Positions 17,281-25,059 of a stretch of DNA of 28,540 nucleotides are shown in pieces (the stretch's first letter is position 1; each line of letters begins with the position of its first letter). A model generated the notes under the pieces. It saw nothing but the letters and a program-made list of their open reading frames with translations. It was not told the DNA's origin and searched no databases. The stretch covers positions 1 through 28,540 of the IMG/VR virus record IMGVR_UViG_3300032332_002270, one strand, 5' to 3'. Made by a program: the position numbers and the translations under genes. Source of the stretch: a virus. Lineage: Duplodnaviria > Caudoviricetes.

Positions 17281-17606
17281 GCCTCCTGCTAAGTGACTCG
17301 CTCGTTGGTGTCGTCAATGAGCAAGATCTTGAGGATGCTGAGCCAGAAGTCTGTGGTTCTATTCGCATTGACGAAGACGAGCACGAAATTGACGCTTTCC
17401 TGTCAGATGGCCGAGCTATTCGAGTTCATGTTGTTGCACAGCTTGAAGATGCATTGCGTCTGATGAGACAAAAAACATGGGGAAATGCCGAGCTCAAACT
17501 GGGCACAAAGGCATTCACAGCCCAGGGAAAGATCTTACAGGTAGGGTGGGAACAACTTCCACATGGCGGTCGTCTCGTCATCAGCGTCGGCCTGCGTGAT
17601 AAGTAG
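17277..17606 (+). CDS. Hypothetical protein
   Basis: ATGA overlap, 109 aa. Confidence 0.65.
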   Translation: MSLLLSDSLVGVVNEQDLEDAEPEVCGSIRIDEDEHEIDAFLSDGRAIRVHVVAQLEDALRLMRQKTWGNAELKLGTKAFTAQGKILQVGWEQLPHGGRLVISVGLRDK

Positions 17607-17626
17607 TATTAAACGGGAGTGCAGCG

Positions 17627-17800
17627 ATGCAAGATTTTGATTTTGATAAGTTTATCGCGGACATCTGCAGACGTGAGGAGGAGGCCGCTCGCCGCCTTGA
17701 GGAGTACGGACGTGGCCAGGAAGAGCTCCCACAACGTCAGTACAATAGACTCTATCGAGAGTTACCCCAGAATCGCATCACTTATCGTGGCGGTCGGTAA
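17627..17800 (+). CDS. Small hypothetical protein (57 aa), not in the ORF track
   Basis: GGGAG RBS, ATG 17627, MQDFDFDKFIADICRREEEAARRLEEYG...TYRGGR*, TAA 17798-17800. Fills the gap to ATG 17806. Confidence 0.7.
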   Translation: MQDFDFDKFIADICRREEEAARRLEEYGRGQEELPQRQYNRLYRELPQNRITYRGGR

Positions 17801-17805
17801 TCAAG

Positions 17806-18501
17806 ATGAGCACTATCAGGTTGAACACTCCCAAGGATCTTGAGCGTTTTCTTCGAATTCTTGCTGAAGAGAGCGTTACTGCTGCTAAGGCCGATATCCA
17901 GATGCCCAAGCCTGACGAGAAGGCACGGCAGAAGTCATTTCAGAGCAGAATTCCTAAAGATAAGCGCGCGCTTAGCGAGGAAGATCCACCTGCTGAAGAG
18001 GCGACTCCTGCTCCACCCGATGCTCCAGCAGCAGCACCTGTGCCAGAAGCGCCCAAAAAGCCCGTGGCACCCCCAGCGTCAGCAGAGATGAATCCCACGA
18101 TCAACGCTGTCATTGATGCTATCAAGGATATCCGCGGGGGCCGCGGCGCTTCAGACAGTGCTGTTGAAACAGAATTGACTGCCTATTTTGACCGTCTTGA
18201 AGACGCTGAAAAGACATCACTTGTTGTCATGCTTAGAAGTTTGGGTGGAATCCTTCGCCAGCAACAGATGGGCACAGATGCCCCTGAGCCAACCGATTAT
18301 CAAATCTTCACGTCGATGAACGCGAAGGAAAAATCATCGAGCAAACCTGCACCAGCCGCTACAACAACCCCCTCAGGTGAGGAGGAAGCTGAGCCGTCCC
18401 CCACGGGCCCAGAAGACACATCGCCCCCCATCAAGGTGGGCGCGCCCGTGACAGAGGCATACCGTAATCGGATTAGAGATTTACTGGCACGGAATCGATG
18501 A
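17806..18501 (+). CDS. Pro/Ala/acidic hypothetical protein, probable virion-associated
   Basis: 231 aa, LERFLRILAEES leader, Pro-rich linkers. Confidence 0.75.
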   Translation: MSTIRLNTPKDLERFLRILAEESVTAAKADIQMPKPDEKARQKSFQSRIPKDKRALSEEDPPAEEATPAPPDAPAAAPVPEAPKKPVAPPASAEMNPTINAVIDAIKDIRGGRGASDSAVETELTAYFDRLEDAEKTSLVVMLRSLGGILRQQQMGTDAPEPTDYQIFTSMNAKEKSSSKPAPAATTTPSGEEEAEPSPTGPEDTSPPIKVGAPVTEAYRNRIRDLLARNR

Positions 18502-18513
18502 TAAATTGACCCC

Positions 18514-18720
18514 ATGCGGTCAATAAAGATTCAAACAGAACAGGGGCAGATGGAGCTACAGGTGACACCTGCTCTATCTGCCTTACTAGCGAAGCGGAAC
18601 GGAGTCCCTGAGGATGCACTCACCGACGGGATGATTCTCGGATTTTTTCGCGAGGCGTCAGATGTCGCATTTCAACGTGCAACAACAGAATACATAGATA
18701 CTGATGGCAAAACAACCTGA
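18514..18720 (+). CDS. Hypothetical protein
   Basis: 68 aa ORF tiling between neighbours. Confidence 0.55.
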   Translation: MRSIKIQTEQGQMELQVTPALSALLAKRNGVPEDALTDGMILGFFREASDVAFQRATTEYIDTDGKTT

Positions 18721-18919
18721 GCACTACGGTTCGATTCAATATCTCCACGAGCTTGACAGAATTCTGGGAGAGCTCGATGGCATTAGGGGACACCTGGGTA
18801 AGGTGGAACGGAAGGAGCGATTCACTATCACAAGAGCGATGGAGAGCTTGCGAGACCTCCGACGAAAGGCAGCACGTCACGGCCTGAAGATTGGCCTGCT
18901 ATCTGAGGATGATGTATGA
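18704..18919 (+). CDS. Hypothetical helical protein
   Basis: 71 aa ORF tiling between neighbours. Confidence 0.6.
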   Translation: MAKQPEHYGSIQYLHELDRILGELDGIRGHLGKVERKERFTITRAMESLRDLRRKAARHGLKIGLLSEDDV

Positions 18920-19815
18920 GTTCCGTTCTCCGTGCCTTTATTAGAGAATCTCTACAGCAAGAAGCAATCGGCCAGATTCGTTTCATTCGACCGTCTGATG
19001 AGAGAACCAAGTATCAAACGACCGACACAGACACGAGTAAAGCTATGGGAGATGCCTTTTCTAAGATTTCAGACACGTGGCTGGGTAGGGCTCTAAGAAG
19101 AACCTTTGGAAGTTTTGGCGTCTTTAATCCGATGAGAGCAGCTGCTGGCGTCATTCCGTCTTTAGTGAAATCGACTTTTAAGAATCCTAGAAAAGCAATC
19201 GCCGCCGCCGGTGTCCTCGGCGCAGGTAGCTATCTCGCTAATTTAATAGCACCAGATGCTGTGGAGAATGCTTCAAATACAGTCAAGAGCTGGTTAGGCC
19301 TCACAGGTAGCGACGATGATGCAGTCCAAGAAAAGTTTGCAGATGATCTTGCAAAGTTTGTTGGGCAGTTATCATCTATAATCACACCGAATAATATTGA
19401 TAATGAATTCATCCAGAAACAGGATGCCTTTAATCAAAAGACATTAAAAAATTATTTTGATGATAAAGTTAATAAAATAGGTAACTCATCAGATTTTGAT
19501 GACTTCTTCGGTAACTTTAACGACATATCAAGTATAAAAGATGACATTGAAAACATAATAAACAATTACACCTCGCAAGAAGAGCAAGCTTTCCTTAAAA
19601 AAGTTGCATATAACATGCTCCTGTACTACACCGCCTCCGCAGCCCTTCCTAATGCGTATGTTTTAAGTGTCGCCCCCTTTCAGACTAAGCTGAGTGATCA
19701 GCAACAGAAAGAAGTTACAAGCTACATAGACATCATGATCAATAGTATCAACAGCAAACAGACCTTCAAGGGAGCAAAAGGCTTCTGTGAAGAGTTAGGC
19801 ATCGCCCAGCAGTAA
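18916..19815 (+). CDS. Hypothetical protein with hydrophobic segment and AT-rich C-terminal half
   Basis: 299 aa, LRAFIRESLQQE leader, AIAAAGVLGAGSYLANLIA hydrophobic stretch. Confidence 0.75.
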   Translation: MSSVLRAFIRESLQQEAIGQIRFIRPSDERTKYQTTDTDTSKAMGDAFSKISDTWLGRALRRTFGSFGVFNPMRAAAGVIPSLVKSTFKNPRKAIAAAGVLGAGSYLANLIAPDAVENASNTVKSWLGLTGSDDDAVQEKFADDLAKFVGQLSSIITPNNIDNEFIQKQDAFNQKTLKNYFDDKVNKIGNSSDFDDFFGNFNDISSIKDDIENIINNYTSQEEQAFLKKVAYNMLLYYTASAALPNAYVLSVAPFQTKLSDQQQKEVTSYIDIMINSINSKQTFKGAKGFCEELGIAQQ

Positions 19816-19831
19816 TAGGAGAAATAGCACG

Positions 19832-20164
19832 ATGTGGTATCCAGAGATTATGTACGAAGAGGAAGTGGGGGGGTCTTCCTCTAAGATTCCATTCATCCTT
19901 GTGCCCAAGGGACAAGCGATGCCCACACTTCTTTACATTTTTGAATCACGTGATACGGGCGAGACAGAACCCGGAAATGATGGTGCAGATATGCCCGTCT
20001 TTGAGATGGATCTGCACCAGTATGCTGATATGTCTGTCCTGAAGGAGAATCTAACACCTGACCTTTATGATCAGGTTCGACTCTCCCTCGGATTAGAGAC
20101 GATGGCAGCAGCTGCCAAGAAGGGTTCAAAAATCACGCAATCTGTCAGAAAGAATCTCGAGTAG
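19832..20164 (+). CDS. Hypothetical protein
   Basis: AGGAG RBS, 110 aa. Confidence 0.75.
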   Translation: MWYPEIMYEEEVGGSSSKIPFILVPKGQAMPTLLYIFESRDTGETEPGNDGADMPVFEMDLHQYADMSVLKENLTPDLYDQVRLSLGLETMAAAAKKGSKITQSVRKNLE

Positions 20165-20199
20165 CCTGATAGATAGCGTTTAACAGAGGAGATTTTTGT

Positions 20200-20673
20200 A
20201 TGCGTTTCAATGTCGATCGTATTTGTGAGCTCGCGGGCCTTGGGTCAGAAAGGGGTCACCTCATTTCCGAAGGTGCTCCAGTTCCAGCACCTGCTAAGCC
20301 TGCTGCACCCGCAGCTAAGCCAGCCGCTAAAACTCCTGCTGCGAAGCCTGCAGCTCCCGCGATGGAGGAAGATGATTACGCTGACATTAGCGCTGACGAA
20401 GTTGACACACCTGGCGTCGACCTCGCTGAGATGTCTTTCGATGACGAAGCGATGTACGAGATCGACGAGACAGCGCTGATGGAAGCTCTTGTCGATATGC
20501 GCCAGGCGCGCCTCGAGGAAGAGACTGTCCGTGATGCTGTCCGCGAGGAGATTACACGAGCTCTGGCCGACAAGAGCGGCTCTTGGGTTTACGGTTCAAA
20601 TCGACCCACAGCCTCACGTCAGGGTCAGATTGCCCGCGGCGGCTTCGGCGTCGGCTTTGGCTTTAAGCGCTAA
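20200..20673 (+). CDS. Hypothetical protein with PAAK repeats and acidic region, probable virion or scaffold-like
   Basis: GAGGAG RBS, RICELAG start, upstream GATAGATAG motif. Confidence 0.75.
   Translation: MRFNVDRICELAGLGSERGHLISEGAPVPAPAKPAAPAAKPAAKTPAAKPAAPAMEEDDYADISADEVDTPGVDLAEMSFDDEAMYEIDETALMEALVDMRQARLEEETVRDAVREEITRALADKSGSWVYGSNRPTASRQGQIARGGFGVGFGFKR
20290..20358 (+). repeat. Degenerate coding repeat (P-A-A-K/P)
   Basis: PAKPAAPAAKPAAKTPAAKPAAP, encoded with varied codons. Confidence 0.6.
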
Positions 20674-20688
20674 ATAACTGATTCATTG

Positions 20689-20718
20689 TTGAAAATAGGG
20701 TGACCAGCACGCTATGAT
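20689..20718 (+). promoter_or_regulatory. sigma70-like promoter TTGAAA-N18-TATGAT
   Basis: TTGAAA 20689-20694, TATGAT 20713-20718, upstream of ATG 20738. Confidence 0.5.
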
Positions 20719-20737
20719 AAGCGTGCTGGAGCCGTTT

Positions 20738-21073
20738 ATGAAATATGAAGTTGGTCAGATAATCTATCTTCTTCTCAATAATGAGATGAAGATCTTTCCT
20801 GTTCGCGTCGCCGAAGAAATCATCAGACGCCGTCTCGGATCAGAGGACGTCACTTACAAGGTCATTCTTCCCACCAAATCACGTGAGCTCGTAGATCTTA
20901 GTGACCTCGACGCGACGATTTTTACATCAACTGACGCCCTTCGCAATCACATGGTTGAGAACGCTGTTAAGACGATTAACACGTTGATTGAACGGTCTAA
21001 TCGGGTTGCTGCCTCACTCACTCAGCAGCGTGAAGAGCCGCCGCAAGAGCCCGTGCGCGAAGACGAGGAGTGA
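20738..21073 (+). CDS. Hypothetical protein
   Basis: GGAG RBS before ATG 20738, MKYEVGQIIY start. Confidence 0.7.
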   Translation: MKYEVGQIIYLLLNNEMKIFPVRVAEEIIRRRLGSEDVTYKVILPTKSRELVDLSDLDATIFTSTDALRNHMVENAVKTINTLIERSNRVAASLTQQREEPPQEPVREDEE

Positions 21074-21097
21074 GATAAAATGTTACCAGGAGGCGGG

Positions 21098-21898
21098 ATG
21101 CGAGTCGCTTTTCTCGACGGTTACAACCTGATGCACCGATCACGTTTTGGTATTCCTGGCCCGACGGGCATCATCTACACATTTTACAGGAGCCTCCGTT
21201 CTCTTCTTGAAGAGCTCCGGGCTGACAAGGTTTATCTTGTCCTCGAGGGCGTGCCAGAGCATCGACAACAGCTTGATAGTGAGTACAAGGCAAATCGACG
21301 CCTTGAGCCCGGCACTCCTAAATGGGACGAGATGCAGGAGTTCCGGCGCCAGAAAGCAATCATCATCGATCTCCTTCAGTATCTCCCAATCAGTATCGCT
21401 GTCCATCCCAAGCTTGAGTGCGATGACACCATCGCAAGCCTCGTTAGTCACTATCCAGATGATGAACGTGTCATCGTCTCAACTGACACCGATTTCATCC
21501 AGCTTTTGGCGATTCCCGGTGTCAAAATCTTTAATCCGGTTAAGAAGGCATACGTTGAGAATGTGACGTACGACTACGTCAGTTGGAAAGCACTTCGCGG
21601 TGACAAAACAGACAATGTGCCATCTGTCGGTGGTATGACTGATAAGGCAGCTGAGAAACTGCTCGCAAATCCCCAGAAGCTGGAAGCTTTTCTATCTGAA
21701 GGGACACATCGCGCTGATTATGCACGTAATCTTGATCTGATTCGTCTGAGAATCGCTGTCCGCGATGAGATTGAGGTTCGCTCGCCCACTCCCGATTTTA
21801 TCAAGCTCAAGGAAGAATTCACGTGTCTTCGTTTCACATCACTCCTTAAAGAGTCTGCTTGGAACACCTTCGTCAAAACTTTTGAGACGATTTACTGA
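21098..21898 (+). CDS. 5'-3' exonuclease / flap endonuclease (PolI N-terminal, T4 RNase H-like)
   Basis: AGGAGG RBS. LDGYNLMHR, YKANR, LECDDTIA, STDTDFIQL, LRGDKTDNVPSVGG. Confidence 0.92.
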   Translation: MRVAFLDGYNLMHRSRFGIPGPTGIIYTFYRSLRSLLEELRADKVYLVLEGVPEHRQQLDSEYKANRRLEPGTPKWDEMQEFRRQKAIIIDLLQYLPISIAVHPKLECDDTIASLVSHYPDDERVIVSTDTDFIQLLAIPGVKIFNPVKKAYVENVTYDYVSWKALRGDKTDNVPSVGGMTDKAAEKLLANPQKLEAFLSEGTHRADYARNLDLIRLRIAVRDEIEVRSPTPDFIKLKEEFTCLRFTSLLKESAWNTFVKTFETIY

Positions 21899-21924
21899 CA
21901 TCACACACAAGTTAGGATGCTAAT

Positions 21925-22116
21925 ATGGAAAACTACTTATCTGATTCTCAACAAGCCTTAATGAGGCAGCAGGGTATTATCACTGCAACTGAAGTCATCC
22001 GACAAGTCGGAGATCTTTTCGTTGCAGAGGATGTTGTCGCAGGAACACGACGCGTTATTGAGAGATTCACTCACGTTCTACCTGAATCTACTGGCCGCAG
22101 GATTTTAAAGGGATGA
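21925..22116 (+). CDS. Small hypothetical protein translationally coupled to groEL
   Basis: 63 aa, ATGA overlap with groEL. Confidence 0.6.
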   Translation: MENYLSDSQQALMRQQGIITATEVIRQVGDLFVAEDVVAGTRRVIERFTHVLPESTGRRILKG

Positions 22117-23714
22117 CTGAAGAAGTAGATAAACTCGTCATTTTTGATGCTGATACACGTGATAGGCTCTTGCGTGGTGTCAATATCCTGGCTGATGCCG
22201 TCAAGGTGACGATGGGCCCACGAGGTCGCAACGTCATCATTGAGCAGAAAGGCCAGCATCCTATCCTCACCAAGGATGGCGTGACCGTCGCGAGGTCAAT
22301 CAACCTTAGGGACAAGGTCGCCAACCTGGGCGCGCAGATGATTAAGGAAGCTGCCTCACGTTCTGCTGAAGAAGCAGGCGATGGGACGACCACAGCAACT
22401 GTGCTAACCCAGGCCCTCTACGCAGAAGGTTTGAAGATGCTGGCAGCAGGCTACTCCGCATCTGACCTCAAGAAGGGCATCGATCTCGCAGTTGAAACAG
22501 CACTTGCTGAGGTGGCACGACTATCATCTCCTGTTGCTGGCACGGACGACCTTCTTCGAGTTGCCACTGTTTCTGCTAACGGTGAGATTGAGCTGGGTAA
22601 GCTCATCGCATCTGCGATTGAGACAGTGGGTCAGGATGGTGTTGTCACGGTCGAAGAAGCAAAGGGATTCAATAGCACACTGAACGTCGTGTCAGGTGCG
22701 CGCCTTGATAGAGGTTACCTCTCTCCCTACTTTGTGACAAATCAGGACAGGATGGTGTGCGAGCTCGATAAGCCCGTTGTCCTCATCCTCAATACCCGAT
22801 TAGACACACTTCGTGAAATTTCTGCTTTCCTTGAACGAATCTTAGCAGCAAAGCGCTCATTACTTCTTCTTTGTGAAGACGTCGATGGCGAAGCGCTCCA
22901 GGGCCTCGTCGTTAATAAGCTGAAGGGAATTCTGAACGTCTGTGCTGTCAGGCTTCCGGGATTGGGTGAAAGCAGGTATGATTTTGCTCAAGATCTCGCT
23001 TCTCTGCTGGGGACAACTGTCTATCACGGTGCTGACATTGCATCACTCGCCAACGTCAATATTGATAGCTTGGGTGCCTGCGTCAAGGTGTCTGTCAGCA
23101 AGACGGAGACGATTCTCGTCGGAGCTAAGGGAAATCCTGAAGCATACAGTGACCGAGTCACTGAGATTCGGACACGTGCATCAGAAACACCTGACGATGA
23201 CGAGCGTGAGCATTGCCGACGAAGACTCGCTCTTCTCTCTGGAGGTGTTGCGGTTCTTCGTGTCGGCGGCGCAACTGAAGCCGAGCTTAGGGAGCGTAAG
23301 GACAGAGTTGATGACGCTCTTCACGCGACGCAGGCTGCCCTTCGTGAGGGCATCGTTCCTGGCGGCGGTGTCGCCCTCGCGCGTGCTTCTGCTAAGTTAA
23401 ATAATCTGGGTGTGACAGGCTCGGAAGCAGCAGGTCGACATGTCGTTCGACTTGCGTGCTGCTCCCCTCTTCGACAAATTGTTCTAAATTCAGGCGGTGT
23501 TCCCGACATCGTCCTAACGCGGGTGCTTGATGGATCTGACAACCAGGGTTACAATGCTTACACTGAGTCTTACGGAGATATGCTTGAGATGGGAATTATC
23601 GACCCGACTCGAGTCGTTAGGTGTGCCCTTCGTAATGCTGCTTCTGCAGCAGGTATGATGCTAACTGCGGGTTGCTCAATCGTTGAGGACGAGCCGCAGC
23701 AGCAGAATACTTAA
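22113..23714 (+). CDS. groEL: Chaperonin GroEL-like (Cpn60)
   Basis: AVKVTMGPRGRNV, TKDGVTVA, AGDGTTTATVL, DRGYLSPYF, VGGATEAE, DDALHATQAA, GIVPGGG, GIIDP. Confidence 0.96.
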   Translation: MTEEVDKLVIFDADTRDRLLRGVNILADAVKVTMGPRGRNVIIEQKGQHPILTKDGVTVARSINLRDKVANLGAQMIKEAASRSAEEAGDGTTTATVLTQALYAEGLKMLAAGYSASDLKKGIDLAVETALAEVARLSSPVAGTDDLLRVATVSANGEIELGKLIASAIETVGQDGVVTVEEAKGFNSTLNVVSGARLDRGYLSPYFVTNQDRMVCELDKPVVLILNTRLDTLREISAFLERILAAKRSLLLLCEDVDGEALQGLVVNKLKGILNVCAVRLPGLGESRYDFAQDLASLLGTTVYHGADIASLANVNIDSLGACVKVSVSKTETILVGAKGNPEAYSDRVTEIRTRASETPDDDEREHCRRRLALLSGGVAVLRVGGATEAELRERKDRVDDALHATQAALREGIVPGGGVALARASAKLNNLGVTGSEAAGRHVVRLACCSPLRQIVLNSGGVPDIVLTRVLDGSDNQGYNAYTESYGDMLEMGIIDPTRVVRCALRNAASAAGMMLTAGCSIVEDEPQQQNT

Positions 23715-23719
23715 CATTG

Positions 23720-24061
23720 ATGGACAACCTTTACGAAGACAAGACACTCACAGGTAAGCTGGTAAAAGTCCAGCTTACTATCAAAATGAATGAGAACGCA
23801 CATGTTCCAGACACCATGCTTCTCATTCGCTGCCTTCCAACTGTCGCAATCTGCAGTCAGTCGGACAAGGTTGAGCGTTCTCAATCAACAGGAACAATCC
23901 TTGACGTCTTCGTCAAGTTTCTGCCCAAACACGGAACACTTTACAAGAACATCATCGATCTCTGCAAGATGATTAAGCGCATTCCTAATGTTAAGCATAT
24001 CAAGGTTGAGAAGGTCGGAAGTCGACCTGTATCCTTCAAGGGTAATCCGATAGTCATATGA
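23720..24061 (+). CDS. Hypothetical protein
   Basis: About 113 aa ORF directly after groEL. Confidence 0.65.
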   Translation: MDNLYEDKTLTGKLVKVQLTIKMNENAHVPDTMLLIRCLPTVAICSQSDKVERSQSTGTILDVFVKFLPKHGTLYKNIIDLCKMIKRIPNVKHIKVEKVGSRPVSFKGNPIVI

Positions 24062-24267
24062 ACGCACACGTAATCGCAAGATTCAAGACAGATTTAGAAC
24101 TTGCCCTCGGTTACCTGCGGCTCAAAAAGCTCATCAGCGATATGGCAGAGATACATCAGGCGCGCGGCGTCTATGTCTGCACTGTCAAACTGAAGGGCTC
24201 TTTTAAGGAAGTCGCCGACACGTTATCTGCAAGATATGGTCGTTTCGTTCAACTTCGTCGCCCGTAA
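24058..24267 (+). CDS. Hypothetical protein
   Basis: ATGA overlap, 69 aa. Confidence 0.6.
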   Translation: MNAHVIARFKTDLELALGYLRLKKLISDMAEIHQARGVYVCTVKLKGSFKEVADTLSARYGRFVQLRRP

Positions 24268-24296
24268 TTGTAAAGCAGGCGATTCACCCCTAAGAT
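24268..24296 (+). promoter_or_regulatory. sigma70-like promoter TTGTAA-N17-TAAGAT
   Basis: TTGTAA 24268-24273, TAAGAT 24291-24296. Confidence 0.5.
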
Positions 24297-24309
24297 ATGA
24301 GTAGGCTCA

Positions 24310-24567
24310 ATGAGGAGCCAACGACAGGAGATGAGATTGCGAATCAATAAGATGGATGACCTTGCTCTTGCGGAGCTTGGTGAGCTTGAATCACTTCAGG
24401 CACTGTATCGTGAGAACATTCGGCAGGCACGACGTCATGGTGACGACCCCTCGCCCTTTGAAACAGAGCTGAATTACGTTCAGCGTGAGCTTCACATTCG
24501 TGAGCAGCGCGCGCGCTTTGTAGAAAAAATGAGTCGAACCAGTTTCCAGTCAGAAAACCGTGTCTAA
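24310..24567 (+). CDS. Hypothetical helical protein (start may be ATG 24331)
   Basis: 85 aa ORF, AGGAG/GAGGAG near alternative starts. Confidence 0.6.
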   Translation: MRSQRQEMRLRINKMDDLALAELGELESLQALYRENIRQARRHGDDPSPFETELNYVQRELHIREQRARFVEKMSRTSFQSENRV

Positions 24568-24592
24568 ATAAAGGGCGCAACTCGGAGGTAAA

Positions 24593-24970
24593 ATGAGTTT
24601 TGCAACTTTCAATGACCCCTTTGACATCTTCTTCACCAAACGTGACAGCCGTGACCCACAGATCAATGTGGGCCACAATAAGAACGAAGTGGTTCTTCAC
24701 ATCGCTCTTCCCGGTTATTCACGTTCTGACGTCAATGTCGAGGTGAATGCAGGTCGCCTGACCGTTTCCGCCAAGGGACAAAAGCTCTCTTCGGAGTACG
24801 AGTATCCAACTCGAGGCATCTTCTTGGGTGATTATTCCCGAACTTGGACACTGCCCAAGAGCGTGAATGCAGACGCTGTTGAAGCTTCATACGAAGCAGG
24901 CATCGTCACAGTTAAGATTCCATACACACAAAATAATCGTGAAACAACCCGTAAGATTGAGCTACGCTAG
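24593..24970 (+). CDS. Hsp20 / alpha-crystallin small heat-shock protein
   Basis: GGAGGT RBS. PQINV, IALPGYSRSDVNV, RTWTLP, ASYEAGIVTVKIP, RKIEL. Confidence 0.92.
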   Translation: MSFATFNDPFDIFFTKRDSRDPQINVGHNKNEVVLHIALPGYSRSDVNVEVNAGRLTVSAKGQKLSSEYEYPTRGIFLGDYSRTWTLPKSVNADAVEASYEAGIVTVKIPYTQNNRETTRKIELR

Positions 24971-24981
24971 CTAAACCACAC

Positions 24982-25012
24982 CACGCGACGTCGATTCGCT
25001 CGACGTCGCGTG
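24982..25012. repeat. Perfect 13-bp inverted repeat (possible terminator or operator) overlapping the -35 of the sigma gene promoter
   Basis: CACGCGACGTCGA (24982-24994), loop TTCGC, TCGACGTCGCGTG (25000-25012); no strong U-tract. Confidence 0.75.
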
Positions 25013-25037
25013 CGCTGTCTTCGAAGTATGGTATAAT
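25009..25037 (+). promoter_or_regulatory. Putative promoter CGTGCG-N17-TATAAT of the sigma gene
   Basis: CGTGCG 25009-25014, TGGTATAAT 25029-25037, AGGAG RBS, ATG 25060. Confidence 0.62.
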
Positions 25038-25059
25038 CTAGACGTACAGGAGATAAAAC

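Noticed and set aside
17619-17843. 74-aa ORF from the track
   Set aside because: The overlapping frame 17627-17800 has better RBS spacing, tiles without overlap and looks more protein-like.
1890-21100. Identical 12-mer GGAGGCGGGATG at 1890-1901 and 21089-21100
   Set aside because: It consists mostly of SD plus start codon, so two copies are explainable by shared translation signals.
21925-22116. GroES call for the small ORF upstream of groEL
   Set aside because: Too short, and it lacks the PLxDRV and GGI mobile-loop motifs.
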